Shown here in pieces: positions 54,393 through 63,340 of a stretch of 64,000 nucleotides of DNA. The stretch comes from Planctomycetota bacterium. GTDB lineage: Bacteria; Planctomycetota; UBA1135; UBA2386. Location of the stretch: the NCBI GenBank assembly GCA_016794035.1, contig JAEUHS010000044.1, positions 24,169 to 88,168 on the forward strand. The letters run 5' to 3'. Every line of letters begins with the position of its first letter. Position 1 is the stretch's first letter. The notes beneath the pieces are model-generated. The model did not search any database, was not told the origin of the DNA, and saw nothing but the letters and a program-made list of their open reading frames with translations. Both the position numbers and the translations under genes were made by a program.

Positions 54393-55499
54393 TCAGACGC
54401 TGAACTTGAAGTGCAGCACGTCGCCGTCCTGCACGACGTATTCCTTGCCCTCGATGCGATACAGCCCCTTCTCGCGCGCCGCTGCGACGCTGCCGCACTT
54501 GACCAGGTCCGCGTAGGCGACGGTCTCGGCCTTGATGAAGCCGCGTTCGAAGTCGCTGTGGATCACACCGGCGGCCTTCGGCGCGGTGTCGCCCTGGTGG
54601 ATCGTCCAGGCGCGCACCTCCTTCTCGCCAGCCGTGAAGTAGGTGCGCAGGCCGAGCAGATGGTAGGTCGCCTTGATCAGCGCACCGACGCCGGACTCCT
54701 GCACGCCGAGGTCGGCGAGGAACGCCTTCGCGTCGTCGGGCTCGAGGTCGACCAGGTCGCTCTCGATCTGCGCCGAGATCACCGTGGCCTCGCAGTTGAG
54801 GTGGGTCTTGGCGTAGTCGCGCACCTTCTGCACGTAGGGGTTGCCGTCGGCGGTCGCGAGGTCGCTGTCCTTGACGTTGCAGGCGAAGATCACCGGCTTG
54901 TCGGTCAGCAGATAGAACATGCGCGCGATCGCCTTCTCCTCGGCGGTCAGGTCCGTCAGCATCGCCGGTTTGCCGGCGTTCAGCACCGGCAGGATCTTCT
55001 GCAGCACCGGGATCTCGGCGATCGCCTCCTTGTCGCCGCGCTTGGCCTGCTTGGTCTGTCGATCGATGCGCTTCTCGACCGACTCGAGGTCGGCGAGCAC
55101 CAGTTCGGTCGTGATGATCTCGATGTCGCGCACCGGATCGACCGTGCCCGACACGTGGTGGATGTCGACGTCCTCGAAGCAGCGCACCACCTGCACGATC
55201 GCGTCGACCTCGCGGATGTGGCTCAGGAACTTGTTGCCGAGCCCTTCGCCGGTCGCGGCGCCCTTGACCAGGCCGGCGATGTCGACGAACTCGATCGCCG
55301 CCGGGATCACGACGTTGGTCTTGGCGATCTTCTGCAGCACGTACAGCCGTTCGTCCGGAACGGTGACGACGCCGACGTTCGGATCGATGGTGCAGAACGG
55401 GTAGTTGGCGGCCTGCGCCTTCTGCGTGCGGGTGACGGCGTTGAACAGCGTCGACTTGCCGACGTTGGGCAGACCGACGATGCCGGCTTTCAGCGTCAC
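54393..55499 (-). CDS. ychF: Ribosome-binding ATPase YchF
   Basis: GTG start with GTGA overlap on the etfA stop. [20 protein letters not shown]-loop and the C-terminal TGS-like HFKFSV. Confidence 0.92.
   Translation of the reverse strand: MTLKAGIVGLPNVGKSTLFNAVTRTQKAQAANYPFCTIDPNVGVVTVPDERLYVLQKIAKTNVVIPAAIEFVDIAGLVKGAATGEGLGNKFLSHIREVDAIVQVVRCFEDVDIHHVSGTVDPVRDIEIITTELVLADLESVEKRIDRQTKQAKRGDKEAIAEIPVLQKILPVLNAGKPAMLTDLTAEEKAIARMFYLLTDKPVIFACNVKDSDLATADGNPYVQKVRDYAKTHLNCEATVISAQIESDLVDLEPDDAKAFLADLGVQESGVGALIKATYHLLGLRTYFTAGEKEVRAWTIHQGDTAPKAAGVIHSDFERGFIKAETVAYADLVKCGSVAAAREKGLYRIEGKEYVVQDGDVLHFKFSV
54397..54710. repeat. Direct repeat copy B (314 bp, part of intact ychF)
   Basis: See copy A. 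Similarity ends abruptly after ...CACGCCGAG in both copies. Confidence 0.9.
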
Positions 55500-56479
55500 T
55501 TGCCGGCGACGATCTCGGCGATCGCCTTGGTCAGTGCCGGCACGATCTCGAACGCATCGCCGACGATGCCGTAGTCGGCGACCTTGAAGATCGGCGCGTC
55601 CGCGTCCTTGTTGATCGCGACGATCGTGCGCGCGGTGCGCATGCCGGCGAGGTGCTGGATCGCGCCGCTGATGCCGATCGCGATGTAGAGCGGCGGGCTG
55701 ACGACCTTGCCGGTCTGGCCGACCTGCTCGCGGTGCGGTCGCCAGCCGGCGTCGACCACGGCGCGCGAGGCGCCGACGGCGGCGACGCCCGGGCCGAACG
55801 CGGCGACCAGGTCCTCGACCAGCTTGAAGTGCGCGGCCTCCTTGAGGCCGCGGCCGCCGGAGACGACGACCTTCGCCTCCTGCAGCGGCGTGCGGCCGCC
55901 CGACGAGGCGATGACCTCCTTGACGACCGACAGCAGGTCGCCGGCCGGCGGTGCGGTCTTGCTGACCTCGGCGCTGCCGCTGCCTTCGGCGGCGGCGAAG
56001 TTGTTCGGCCGCAGCGTGGCACAGAACGGGGCCTTCTTGGCGTTGACGGTCATCGTCGCCTTGCCGGCGAACACCGGCTTCCTGGCGCCGAACGTGCCGC
56101 CGTCGCACGAGACCTCGACCACGTCGGTGACGACGCTGCCTTCGAGCAGCGCCGAGACGCGCGGCAGCAGGTCCTTGCCCATCGCCGTGTGCACCATCAG
56201 CACGGCCGTCGCAGCGGCGGCCTTGACCTGTTCGGCGATCGCGCGGGCGTAGGCGTCGCCGGAGTAGTTGGCGAACGTCGGGCCGTCGACGGCGACGACC
56301 TTGTGCACGCCGCTCTTGGCCAGCTCGGCAGCGGCGGCGTCGAGACCCGCACCACAGGCGACGGCGATGACCTTGCCGCCGCTCTTCTGGGCGAGCTGCA
56401 GACCGGCGGTGACGGCTTCCAGCGAGGTCCGCTTCAGCTGCCCACCACGAACCTCGGCGATGACGACGATGTTGCTCAT
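55496..56479 (-). CDS. etfA: Electron transfer flavoprotein alpha subunit
   Basis: C-terminal FAD block [37 protein letters not shown]. Confidence 0.92.
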   Translation of the reverse strand: MSNIVVIAEVRGGQLKRTSLEAVTAGLQLAQKSGGKVIAVACGAGLDAAAAELAKSGVHKVVAVDGPTFANYSGDAYARAIAEQVKAAAATAVLMVHTAMGKDLLPRVSALLEGSVVTDVVEVSCDGGTFGARKPVFAGKATMTVNAKKAPFCATLRPNNFAAAEGSGSAEVSKTAPPAGDLLSVVKEVIASSGGRTPLQEAKVVVSGGRGLKEAAHFKLVEDLVAAFGPGVAAVGASRAVVDAGWRPHREQVGQTGKVVSPPLYIAIGISGAIQHLAGMRTARTIVAINKDADAPIFKVADYGIVGDAFEIVPALTKAIAEIVAGK

Positions 56480-56499
56480 GTTTGTTCTCGGGTTCGGTG

Positions 56500-57252
56500 T
56501 CAGAGGACCTTGGCTTCGTCGCGCAGAGCGGCGATCAGCGCCGGCACGGCATCGACGCCGGTGCCGAGGATCTTGCCGGCGGCGCGCGCCGGCGGCAGCG
56601 TCAGCGAGACGATCTCGAGCGCCGGAGCCGGCAGCGACGCGGCGGCCTCTTCGAGCGGCTTCTTCTTCGCCGCCATGATGCCCTTGAGGTTCGCGTAGCG
56701 CGGCTCGTTCAGACCCTTCTGGCAGCTGATCACCGCCGGCGTCTTGCAGGTCACGACCTCACGCGCACCTTCGATGTCGCGCTCGGCGGTGAACGTGCCG
56801 TCCGCGAGTTCGAGCTTCGCGACCTCGGTCACGCAGGCGAAGCCGAGCCGCGCGGCGAGGTTCGCCGGCAGCTGGTTGTTGTCCGAGTCGACCGCCTGGC
56901 GGCCGCACAGCACCAGGTTGCACGGCACGGACTTGATCCAGGCGGCCAGCGCGGCGGCGGTCGAGGCGCCGTCGAAGACCCATTGGTCGGTCGTCAGCAG
57001 CACCGCCTTGTCGGCGCCGCGGGCCAGCGTGTCGCGCAGTTCCTTCTGCGCGTCCTTGCTGCCGATCGTGACCACGGTCACGGTGCCGCTGCCGAGCTGT
57101 TCCTTGATGCGCAGCGCCTGCTCGAGCGCGAACTCGTCGTAGGCGTTCAGTTCGAACGACACGCCGGCGGGCTCGATCGACTTGCCGTCGGCGGCGATCT
57201 TGATCGTCGTGTCGGTGGCGGGGACGCGCTTGATGCAGACTACGATGTCCAT
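56500..57252 (-). CDS. etfB: Electron transfer flavoprotein beta subunit
   Basis: N-terminus MDIVVCIKRVPATDT, ELNAYDEFALEQALRIKE and CGRQAVDSDNNQ. Confidence 0.92.
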   Translation of the reverse strand: MDIVVCIKRVPATDTTIKIAADGKSIEPAGVSFELNAYDEFALEQALRIKEQLGSGTVTVVTIGSKDAQKELRDTLARGADKAVLLTTDQWVFDGASTAAALAAWIKSVPCNLVLCGRQAVDSDNNQLPANLAARLGFACVTEVAKLELADGTFTAERDIEGAREVVTCKTPAVISCQKGLNEPRYANLKGIMAAKKKPLEEAAASLPAPALEIVSLTLPPARAAGKILGTGVDAVPALIAALRDEAKVL

Positions 57253-57420
57253 GGGCTCGGTCGTCGGTGCGGAAAAACGGGCGAGCAGTCTAGCCGGGCG
57301 GGTGGTGGGGTCGACCGTGGAGCCGGGTTTTGCCGGGTGCGGCGGCGCAACTCGCGCCAGCCACGTCGGCGCCGCCGAAATTCCGGGCCGAACGGATACC
57401 CGGGCGGGCGGGCGCCTGCC

Positions 57421-58299
57421 TCAGACCGAGTCGAGGCCGTCGACCCAGAGCGCGGCCCGGTCGCCGTCGACGCTGCGCAGCATCGGACCCGGCACCTGGA
57501 ACGCGCCGGTCACCGCTGCGCCCAGACGTTCGCGCAGCTCGTGTCGATACGGCGGCAGCAGCAGGAACGACTCGACCAGGTCGGCGACGTGCAGCGCCGC
57601 CGGCAGCAGGCGCGCCAACGCTTCGTCGCTGCCGCCGAGTTCGTGCCAGTGACCCTGCAGGTCGGCGCCCTTGCCGCAGCAGGCGTAGGCGACGACGTGA
57701 CCGCCGTCTTCGAGCACGGCCGTGGTCATGCCCGGCGTCGTCAGCAGGCCCGACATCGTGTGGAGCGAACGTTCGACGCGCCACGGCTTCTGTTCGTGCA
57801 GTGCGTGCAGCGCGCCATGGTCGCGCGGCTCGGCCTGGCGCACGCCGGTCAGGTCGGGGCGCGGGCGCCGCGCCAGCACCAGGCACGTCTCGAGGGCGCC
57901 CGGGACGAAGCCGTGCCGCGCGTACAGCTCCGGCCGTTCGGCCCAGAGCAGCGTCAGATCGACGAGCGGAGCCGTCGCCGCCAGCGCCGCAGCCAGCACG
58001 TCGCCGGCGTGGCCGCGGCCGCGCCGCGCCGGATCGGTGGCGACCGAGCCGAGCAGGCACGCGCGCTGCGGCCCGTTCGCGCCATGCAGCGTCACCAGGC
58101 GGCAGGCGCAGTGGCTGACCAGCCGTTCGCCGTCGAGTCGCACGAAGAACCGGCCCTCGCCGTCGCTGCGGTACAGCTGCGGCCAGGTGTGCTGCACGCC
58201 GTAGAAGTGGCCGTCGAGCAGCCACCGATCGAGCTGCGGCAGCCAGCGCTGCACCGCCGCGCGGTCCAGCTGCTGCACGTCCGCGGCGACCGTGGTCAT
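57421..58299 (-). CDS. GNAT-family acetyltransferase (two-domain, Eis-like length)
   Basis: Acetyl-CoA motif VATDPARRGRGHAG. ATGA overlap with the upstream small flagellar-cluster gene. Confidence 0.6.
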   Translation of the reverse strand: MTTVAADVQQLDRAAVQRWLPQLDRWLLDGHFYGVQHTWPQLYRSDGEGRFFVRLDGERLVSHCACRLVTLHGANGPQRACLLGSVATDPARRGRGHAGDVLAAALAATAPLVDLTLLWAERPELYARHGFVPGALETCLVLARRPRPDLTGVRQAEPRDHGALHALHEQKPWRVERSLHTMSGLLTTPGMTTAVLEDGGHVVAYACCGKGADLQGHWHELGGSDEALARLLPAALHVADLVESFLLLPPYRHELRERLGAAVTGAFQVPGPMLRSVDGDRAALWVDGLDSV

Positions 58300-58574
58300 G
58301 GCCGCTGGGCGCGGAACGCGGCTTCGAGCTTCTGCCGCAGGTCCATCGCGGTCACGAAGCCGTCGTCGGCGGCCTTCAGCGCCTGCTGCAACTGCTCGGC
58401 GCCGCCGGCTGCGTCGCCGTCGGTCGCGCGGCGCTGCTCGTGCGCCAGCCTCTGCAGCGACTCGAGCAGCCGCTGGAACGACAGCGAGTCGGACTGCGGC
58501 GGCGCGGCCGGCGCGACGTTGCCGGCGTCGACCGGCTGGGTGCCCTGGATCGGGCGCATGGCGTCCTGGCTCAT
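58296..58574 (-). CDS. 92-aa protein at the end of the flagellar operon (function unclear)
   Basis: Starts 4 nt after the flgL stop. The C-terminus AMDLRQKLEAAFRAQ is faintly FliE-like, and I do not rely on that. Confidence 0.4.
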   Translation of the reverse strand: MSQDAMRPIQGTQPVDAGNVAPAAPPQSDSLSFQRLLESLQRLAHEQRRATDGDAAGGAEQLQQALKAADDGFVTAMDLRQKLEAAFRAQRP

Positions 58575-58578
58575 CGTG

Positions 58579-60006
58579 TCACCGGAGGAAGCTCTGCAGG
58601 GTGGTCTGGATCACGCGCGAGCTGACCTGCAGCGCGGCCTGGTAGGAGATGTCCTGCCGCTGCAGATCGAGGATCGCCGCGGCGATGTCGGTGTCCTGCA
58701 GCAGCGACAACGACTCGGTGCGCGCCACGCGCAGGCCTTCGACGCGGTTGCCGATCACGTCCATGCTCGACGAGCGGAAGCCGAGTTCGCGCAGGCCGTC
58801 GAGCACCGCATCGTGCGCGCCGTCGACCTCGGTCAGCATCTGCGCGACGCGGTCGCGCACGGCCTGGTCGGGCAGGCCGGCTTCGTTGCGCATCACGTCG
58901 CGCAGCGCGATCAGGGTCGTGAACGCGTCGAACGTGCCGTTGAACTTGACGTCCTCGGCGCCGGTCTGCGTGAGGTCGCGCACGTCGACGTTCAGCACCG
59001 TGCCGTCGTACGAGTTGCGCACCGCCACGCTGGAGCTGCCGAAGTCGTCGATCAGCGTGTTGCTCTGGCCGCCGTCGACCGAGAGGTTCGCCTGCGACGT
59101 GAACGTGCCGGTCAGCACGGCCGGCATGCCGGTCACGGTCAGCGAGATCGTGCGGCCGTCGGCGGTCGTGAAGGCGCCGTCGGTCACCGGGATCGCGACC
59201 TTGCTGCCGCCGTCGACGCTGAGGCCGTCCGGCGGCGTCGTGAACTCGAACGTCAGCGGACCGAGCGCCGTGGTCGGGCCGCTGCCGGCGGTCACGGTCG
59301 GCGGCGCGTCGCCGCCGAGACCGGCGAAGGTCACCGACAGCGAGCCGAAGCCGGTGCCGGTGTCGCCGCTGCCGACCGGCCGAGCGCCCGTCGCCGCGCT
59401 GCCGAGCGCCGGCGCGAACGTGGTCGCGCCGCGGTCGCGCTGCTGGAAGATCGCGTCGCCGGGGATGTTCAGCGCCGTCGTCACGCCGGGCGCCACGGTG
59501 ACGGCGACGCTCTGGCGATTGCCGTTGTAGACCACGCGGGTGCCGCCGGCGTCGGTGACCAGCGCGAACGGCGCGCTGCCGGTCTGCGTGCCGCCGAACA
59601 GGAAGCGGTCGCCGCGCCGGCTGTTGCCGATGCTGACCAGCTGGTTCAGCAGCTGGTCGACCTCGGCGGCGATGCTCTCGCGGTCGCCGCTGCTCAGCGT
59701 GCCGTTCGCCGCCTGCGTCGTCAGCTCGCGCACGCGCTGCATCAGCGACGACGCGTCCTCGAGCGACGAGGCGCCGGTGTTCAGTGTCTCGCGCGCCAGC
59801 GACACGTTGTCGACCATCTGGTCGAGGCTGCGCAGGTCGTTGCGCAACGGCAGGATCTGCAGCGCCGCCGCCGGGTCGTCGGACACTCGGTTGACGCGCC
59901 GGCCGGTCGCCACCTCCTGCTGGAGCTGCGAGTAGCGGAACAGGCTGTTCTGCACGTTGCCCAACGCCTGCGCGTAGAGCATGCCCTGCGTGATGCGGAT
60001 GCTCAT
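58579..60006 (-). CDS. flgL: Flagellar hook-associated protein 3
   Basis: Flagellin-like N-terminus MSIRITQGMLYAQALGNVQ...RVSDDPAAA and C-terminus DIAAAILDLQRQDISYQAALQVSSRVIQTTLQSFLR. ATG at 60006. Confidence 0.85.
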   Translation of the reverse strand: MSIRITQGMLYAQALGNVQNSLFRYSQLQQEVATGRRVNRVSDDPAAALQILPLRNDLRSLDQMVDNVSLARETLNTGASSLEDASSLMQRVRELTTQAANGTLSSGDRESIAAEVDQLLNQLVSIGNSRRGDRFLFGGTQTGSAPFALVTDAGGTRVVYNGNRQSVAVTVAPGVTTALNIPGDAIFQQRDRGATTFAPALGSAATGARPVGSGDTGTGFGSLSVTFAGLGGDAPPTVTAGSGPTTALGPLTFEFTTPPDGLSVDGGSKVAIPVTDGAFTTADGRTISLTVTGMPAVLTGTFTSQANLSVDGGQSNTLIDDFGSSSVAVRNSYDGTVLNVDVRDLTQTGAEDVKFNGTFDAFTTLIALRDVMRNEAGLPDQAVRDRVAQMLTEVDGAHDAVLDGLRELGFRSSSMDVIGNRVEGLRVARTESLSLLQDTDIAAAILDLQRQDISYQAALQVSSRVIQTTLQSFLR

Positions 60007-60008
60007 GG

Positions 60009-62372
60009 TCAGCGCCCCAGGTTGATCAGGGTGGTGGTCATGTCCTGCACGACGCTGATGAAGCGCGCCGCGGCCTCGTACGACTGCTGGAAGCGCAGCA
60101 TGTCGACCGTCTCCTCGTCGAGGTTGACGCCCGACACGCTGTCGCGTTGCGCCTGCAGCTGCTGCATCAGCTGGTTCTGCGCGGTCAGATCCGAGGTCGC
60201 CGCGGCGGTGCGGAAGCCGACGTCGCCGACCAGGTCGGCGTAGAAGTCCTCGATCGTCGTGCCCTCGAGGTCGTCGAGGTCGAGCCCGCGCAGCGACAGC
60301 AGGCGATCGAGGTTGCTGCCGTCGCCGTCGGCGGTGCCGATGCCCGCCGCGAGCCGGCTCGGGTTGGCGAGCAGGTCGCCGTTCACCTCGATGTCGCTCG
60401 CGTTCGAGCCGAGGAAGAACGCGTTCATGCCGATCGCGACCAGGAGGTCGCTGGTGTCGCTGTCGGCGAGCGCGTCGAGCGAGAACGCCTGGCCGTCGGT
60501 CGCCGAGATCGCGCCGGCGCCGAACGACACCTGGATGCCGTTGCCGAGATCGAGCGGCCGGCCCGGCTCGTAGCCCTCGCCGACGTCCAGCGTCGTGACC
60601 AGGTTGCCGGCGCTGTCCAGCACCCGCACGCGCAGGTCGGGCGTCTGGCCGATCAGTCCGTCGCCGGCCGGCACGAACGTGAACTGCTGGTTGCTGGCGC
60701 CCGTGTAGGTGCCTTCGGCGGCGATCGTGACGGCCTGTTCGCGGCCGCTCGCGGTCGTCGTCGACAGGCCGATCGCGCCGAGTGCCGTGCCCGCGCCGAC
60801 GTTGGCGAGGGTCAGCTGCTGCGCGCGACCCGGCTGCGCGCCGCGGATCGTCAGCCGGCCGCCGACCACGACCGCGCTGCCGGCGCTGCCGAGGTCGGCG
60901 TTGATCGCGGCGGCCAGTTCCTCGGCCGTCGCGGCACCCGGATCGACGAAGTCGGCCGCGTCGAGCGTCACCGTGTTGCTGACCGGCGCGGTCGCCGTGC
61001 CGGTCGTGACCGTGAAGCTGACCGGGAAGGTCTGGCCCGACAGGTCGAACGGCCCGGCGTTCTGCGACCCGATCGACGGCAGCGTGCCGCCGAAGGTGCC
61101 CAGGCCGTCGGGGTCGGCGTCGACGCGAGGCGAGAAGTCGAAGCCGTAGCCGGAGTCCGCGTTGATGCGCAGCCGGCCGGCCGGGTCGACGCTCGCGCTC
61201 AGGTGGTCGACGGCGCTGATGCGCGCGGCGACGTCCTGCAGCGACATCGACACCGGGTCGATCGCGATGCGCGTGCGTTCCATGCTGCCGGTCGCCTTGT
61301 CGGTGACGGCGACGTAGAGCTCGCCCTTCTGCACGTCGAAGTCGAAGCCCGACTGCGACAGGAACTCGTCGCCGCGCATGCCGTCGCCGTCGCCGTCCTG
61401 TGCGCCGTAGGCGGACGTCAGCGCGCCGAACGGGCCGTTGCCGGGCATGCCGGTCGAGTGCAGGCGGTTCCACTCCAGGATCGTCGAGCGCGCCAGCTGG
61501 TCGAGCCGGTCCTGGATGCCGGGCAACGAAGTGCTCTCCTGGCGCAGCAGCGCGGCGATGCGGCCTTCGCGGACCTGCGTCGCCACCGCGGCGGTGCCGA
61601 CGCTGACCTTGGTCCGGTTCGAGCCGTCCTTGCCGACGTTGAGCGCCGTGGCGCGGTCACCGGCGACCAGCAGCGAGCCGCCGACCAGGACGTCGAGGCT
61701 GCCGGAGCTGCGTTCGATCGTGCGGGCATCGAGCAGCTTGCCGAGTTCCTGCACGTGCTGCGCGCGCGTGTCGCGCAGGTCGTTGGCCTCGGCGCCGCTG
61801 GCCTCGGCCGAGACGATCTGGCTGTTCAGGCGCGCGACCGAGATCGCGAGGTCGTTGACCTGGCGCACGAGGCCGCGCACCTCGTCGAAGGTGCTGCCGG
61901 CGAGCGTGCCGAGGCGGTTCGAGGCGAGGCGGAAGCCCTGGCTCAGCTGGTTGCCGGCCTGCACGACGCCGCCGCGCAGCGCGCGATCGGCCGGGTCGGA
62001 GCCGAGCCTGCCCACGGCGCCGAACAGGTCCGCGATCGAGCCCGACAGGCCGCCGTCGGGTTCGGCCAGGATGCTCTCGATCTCGCTGAAGCGCGTGTGT
62101 TCGAGTTCGGCGGCGCCGACGAGACCCAGCTGCATCGCCAGCCGCGTCTCGAGGCCCTGGTCGACCATGCGCGTGATGCCGAGCACGTCGACGCCGCTGC
62201 CGATCTGGTAGCGACCGTTGACGCCGAACGGCATCGCGGCCGCCAGCTCGACGCGCTGCCGCGAGTAGCCGGCCGTGTTGGCGTTGGCGACGTTGTTGCC
62301 CGCCGTCTGCATGCCGAGGCGTGCCGCGGTCAGCGCCCGCAGTCCCGATCCGAGTCCGAAGCCGAACGTCAT
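60009..62372 (-). CDS. flgK: Flagellar hook-associated protein 1
   Basis: AGGAGG RBS. N-terminus GLRALTAARLGMQTAGNNVANANTAGYSRQ and C-terminus VNLDEETVDMLRFQQSYEAAARFISVVQDM. Confidence 0.9.
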   Translation of the reverse strand: MTFGFGLGSGLRALTAARLGMQTAGNNVANANTAGYSRQRVELAAAMPFGVNGRYQIGSGVDVLGITRMVDQGLETRLAMQLGLVGAAELEHTRFSEIESILAEPDGGLSGSIADLFGAVGRLGSDPADRALRGGVVQAGNQLSQGFRLASNRLGTLAGSTFDEVRGLVRQVNDLAISVARLNSQIVSAEASGAEANDLRDTRAQHVQELGKLLDARTIERSSGSLDVLVGGSLLVAGDRATALNVGKDGSNRTKVSVGTAAVATQVREGRIAALLRQESTSLPGIQDRLDQLARSTILEWNRLHSTGMPGNGPFGALTSAYGAQDGDGDGMRGDEFLSQSGFDFDVQKGELYVAVTDKATGSMERTRIAIDPVSMSLQDVAARISAVDHLSASVDPAGRLRINADSGYGFDFSPRVDADPDGLGTFGGTLPSIGSQNAGPFDLSGQTFPVSFTVTTGTATAPVSNTVTLDAADFVDPGAATAEELAAAINADLGSAGSAVVVGGRLTIRGAQPGRAQQLTLANVGAGTALGAIGLSTTTASGREQAVTIAAEGTYTGASNQQFTFVPAGDGLIGQTPDLRVRVLDSAGNLVTTLDVGEGYEPGRPLDLGNGIQVSFGAGAISATDGQAFSLDALADSDTSDLLVAIGMNAFFLGSNASDIEVNGDLLANPSRLAAGIGTADGDGSNLDRLLSLRGLDLDDLEGTTIEDFYADLVGDVGFRTAAATSDLTAQNQLMQQLQAQRDSVSGVNLDEETVDMLRFQQSYEAAARFISVVQDMTTTLINLGR

Positions 62373-62388
62373 GGTCTCCTCCTGTCCG

Positions 62389-62931
62389 TCAGATCTTGCC
62401 GTCGACGAGCACGCCGCGTTCACCGCGGGTGCCGCCGGTACGATCGGCGCGCGCATTGCGGTCGTAGACCGACGCGCCGAGCCTGGGTGTCTTGATGCCG
62501 GCGGTGCCGGCCAGCAGGTTCTCCTGCACGTGCCGCGTGAACTGCAGCAGGCGCTGGCCGAGCGTCACCTCGACGCGCACCGACTTCGCCAGCGCGGTCG
62601 CCTCGTCGGCGGCCTCGCGCAGCGAGTGCGCGGCCGCGGTCGGCAGCGCCGCGGCGATGCGCGTCACGTTGACGTGGGTCGACGTCGCGTTGGCCCCGGG
62701 CGGCGCCGGCAGCATCAGCCGGATCTGGGTGATCAGCTCGGCGCGCACCGTCTCCTCGCGGGCGAGCTGCTGCGCCAGTTGTTCGAGTTCGGGCGACGGC
62801 ACGACCATGCTGGCGCGGGCCGAACCCCAGGCGATGCGCCGGGTCTGCAGGCCCTGCAGCAGGTCGCGCAGCAGGCACGACGTGAGGCGGAACGACTTCT
62901 CGAGCTGCGTGCAACGGTCAGAGAACGACAT
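62389..62931 (-). CDS. flgN: FlgN-like flagellar chaperone (tentative)
   Basis: Position immediately upstream of flgK, and helical heptad character. No strong motif. Confidence 0.45.
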   Translation of the reverse strand: MSFSDRCTQLEKSFRLTSCLLRDLLQGLQTRRIAWGSARASMVVPSPELEQLAQQLAREETVRAELITQIRLMLPAPPGANATSTHVNVTRIAAALPTAAAHSLREAADEATALAKSVRVEVTLGQRLLQFTRHVQENLLAGTAGIKTPRLGASVYDRNARADRTGGTRGERGVLVDGKI

Positions 62932-63340
62932 CGGTGCCTCCGAGGCCCAGCGTGCGGGCCGTGATCAGGTTGCTGCGGCGCGCGGCGGTGACCGCCTGCA
63001 TCGCCTTGTCGGTGATCGCCTCGAGCTTCTTCCGGCGGTGTGCGACCTCGCCGTTGTGTTCGAAGTCGGCGAGCAGCTGCTCCTTGATGCCGACGTGGCT
63101 CGTCTTCGAGATCTGCTCGGCGAGGTTCTGGTCGAACCAGTCGGCGTAGGTGTCGGCGCCGGGGCCGCCGCCGAACATGCCTTCGCCGCCGATCGACGAC
63201 GTCTGGCGCAGGCTGCTGACCATCGTGCGCACGAACACCGCCTCGAACTGCGCGGCGACCTTCTCGGCCTTCGCCTGCCGCTTGTCGACCGGGCCGGCGG
63301 CCGGACGCATCGACATCGTCTCGATCGCGATCGGACCCAT
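62918..63340 (-). CDS. flgJ: Rod-binding protein (FlgJ N-terminal domain only, no muramidase)
   Basis: KVAAQFEAVFVRTMVSSLRQT...GADTYADWFDQNLAEQIS matches the Rod_binding domain. The start overlaps the flgI stop (TGATG). Confidence 0.75.
   Translation of the reverse strand: MGPIAIETMSMRPAAGPVDKRQAKAEKVAAQFEAVFVRTMVSSLRQTSSIGGEGMFGGGPGADTYADWFDQNLAEQISKTSHVGIKEQLLADFEHNGEVAHRRKKLEAITDKAMQAVTAARRSNLITARTLGLGGTDVVL

Larger units (their letters stand above)
51886..54396 (+). mobile_element. 2.5-kb lower-GC cassette bracketed by the ychF 3'-end direct repeats (island remnant; no recombinase gene seen)
   Basis: Bounded by the 314-bp repeats. Composition is visibly more AT-rich than the 70% GC flanks. 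Carries three genes unrelated to the neighbours. Confidence 0.45.

Noticed and set aside
50182-54396. Search for an integrase, transposase, inverted terminal repeats or a tRNA target in the lower-GC block
   Set aside because: I recognised none in any frame. The block is therefore called a cassette or remnant rather than an intact mobile element.
56482-62495. Plus-strand ORFs of 1253 aa (56482..60243) and 782 aa (60147..62495)
   Set aside because: They are antisense to etfB, the GNAT gene, flgL and flgK, all of which carry unmistakable family motifs. The plus-strand translations are Arg-rich with no motifs.
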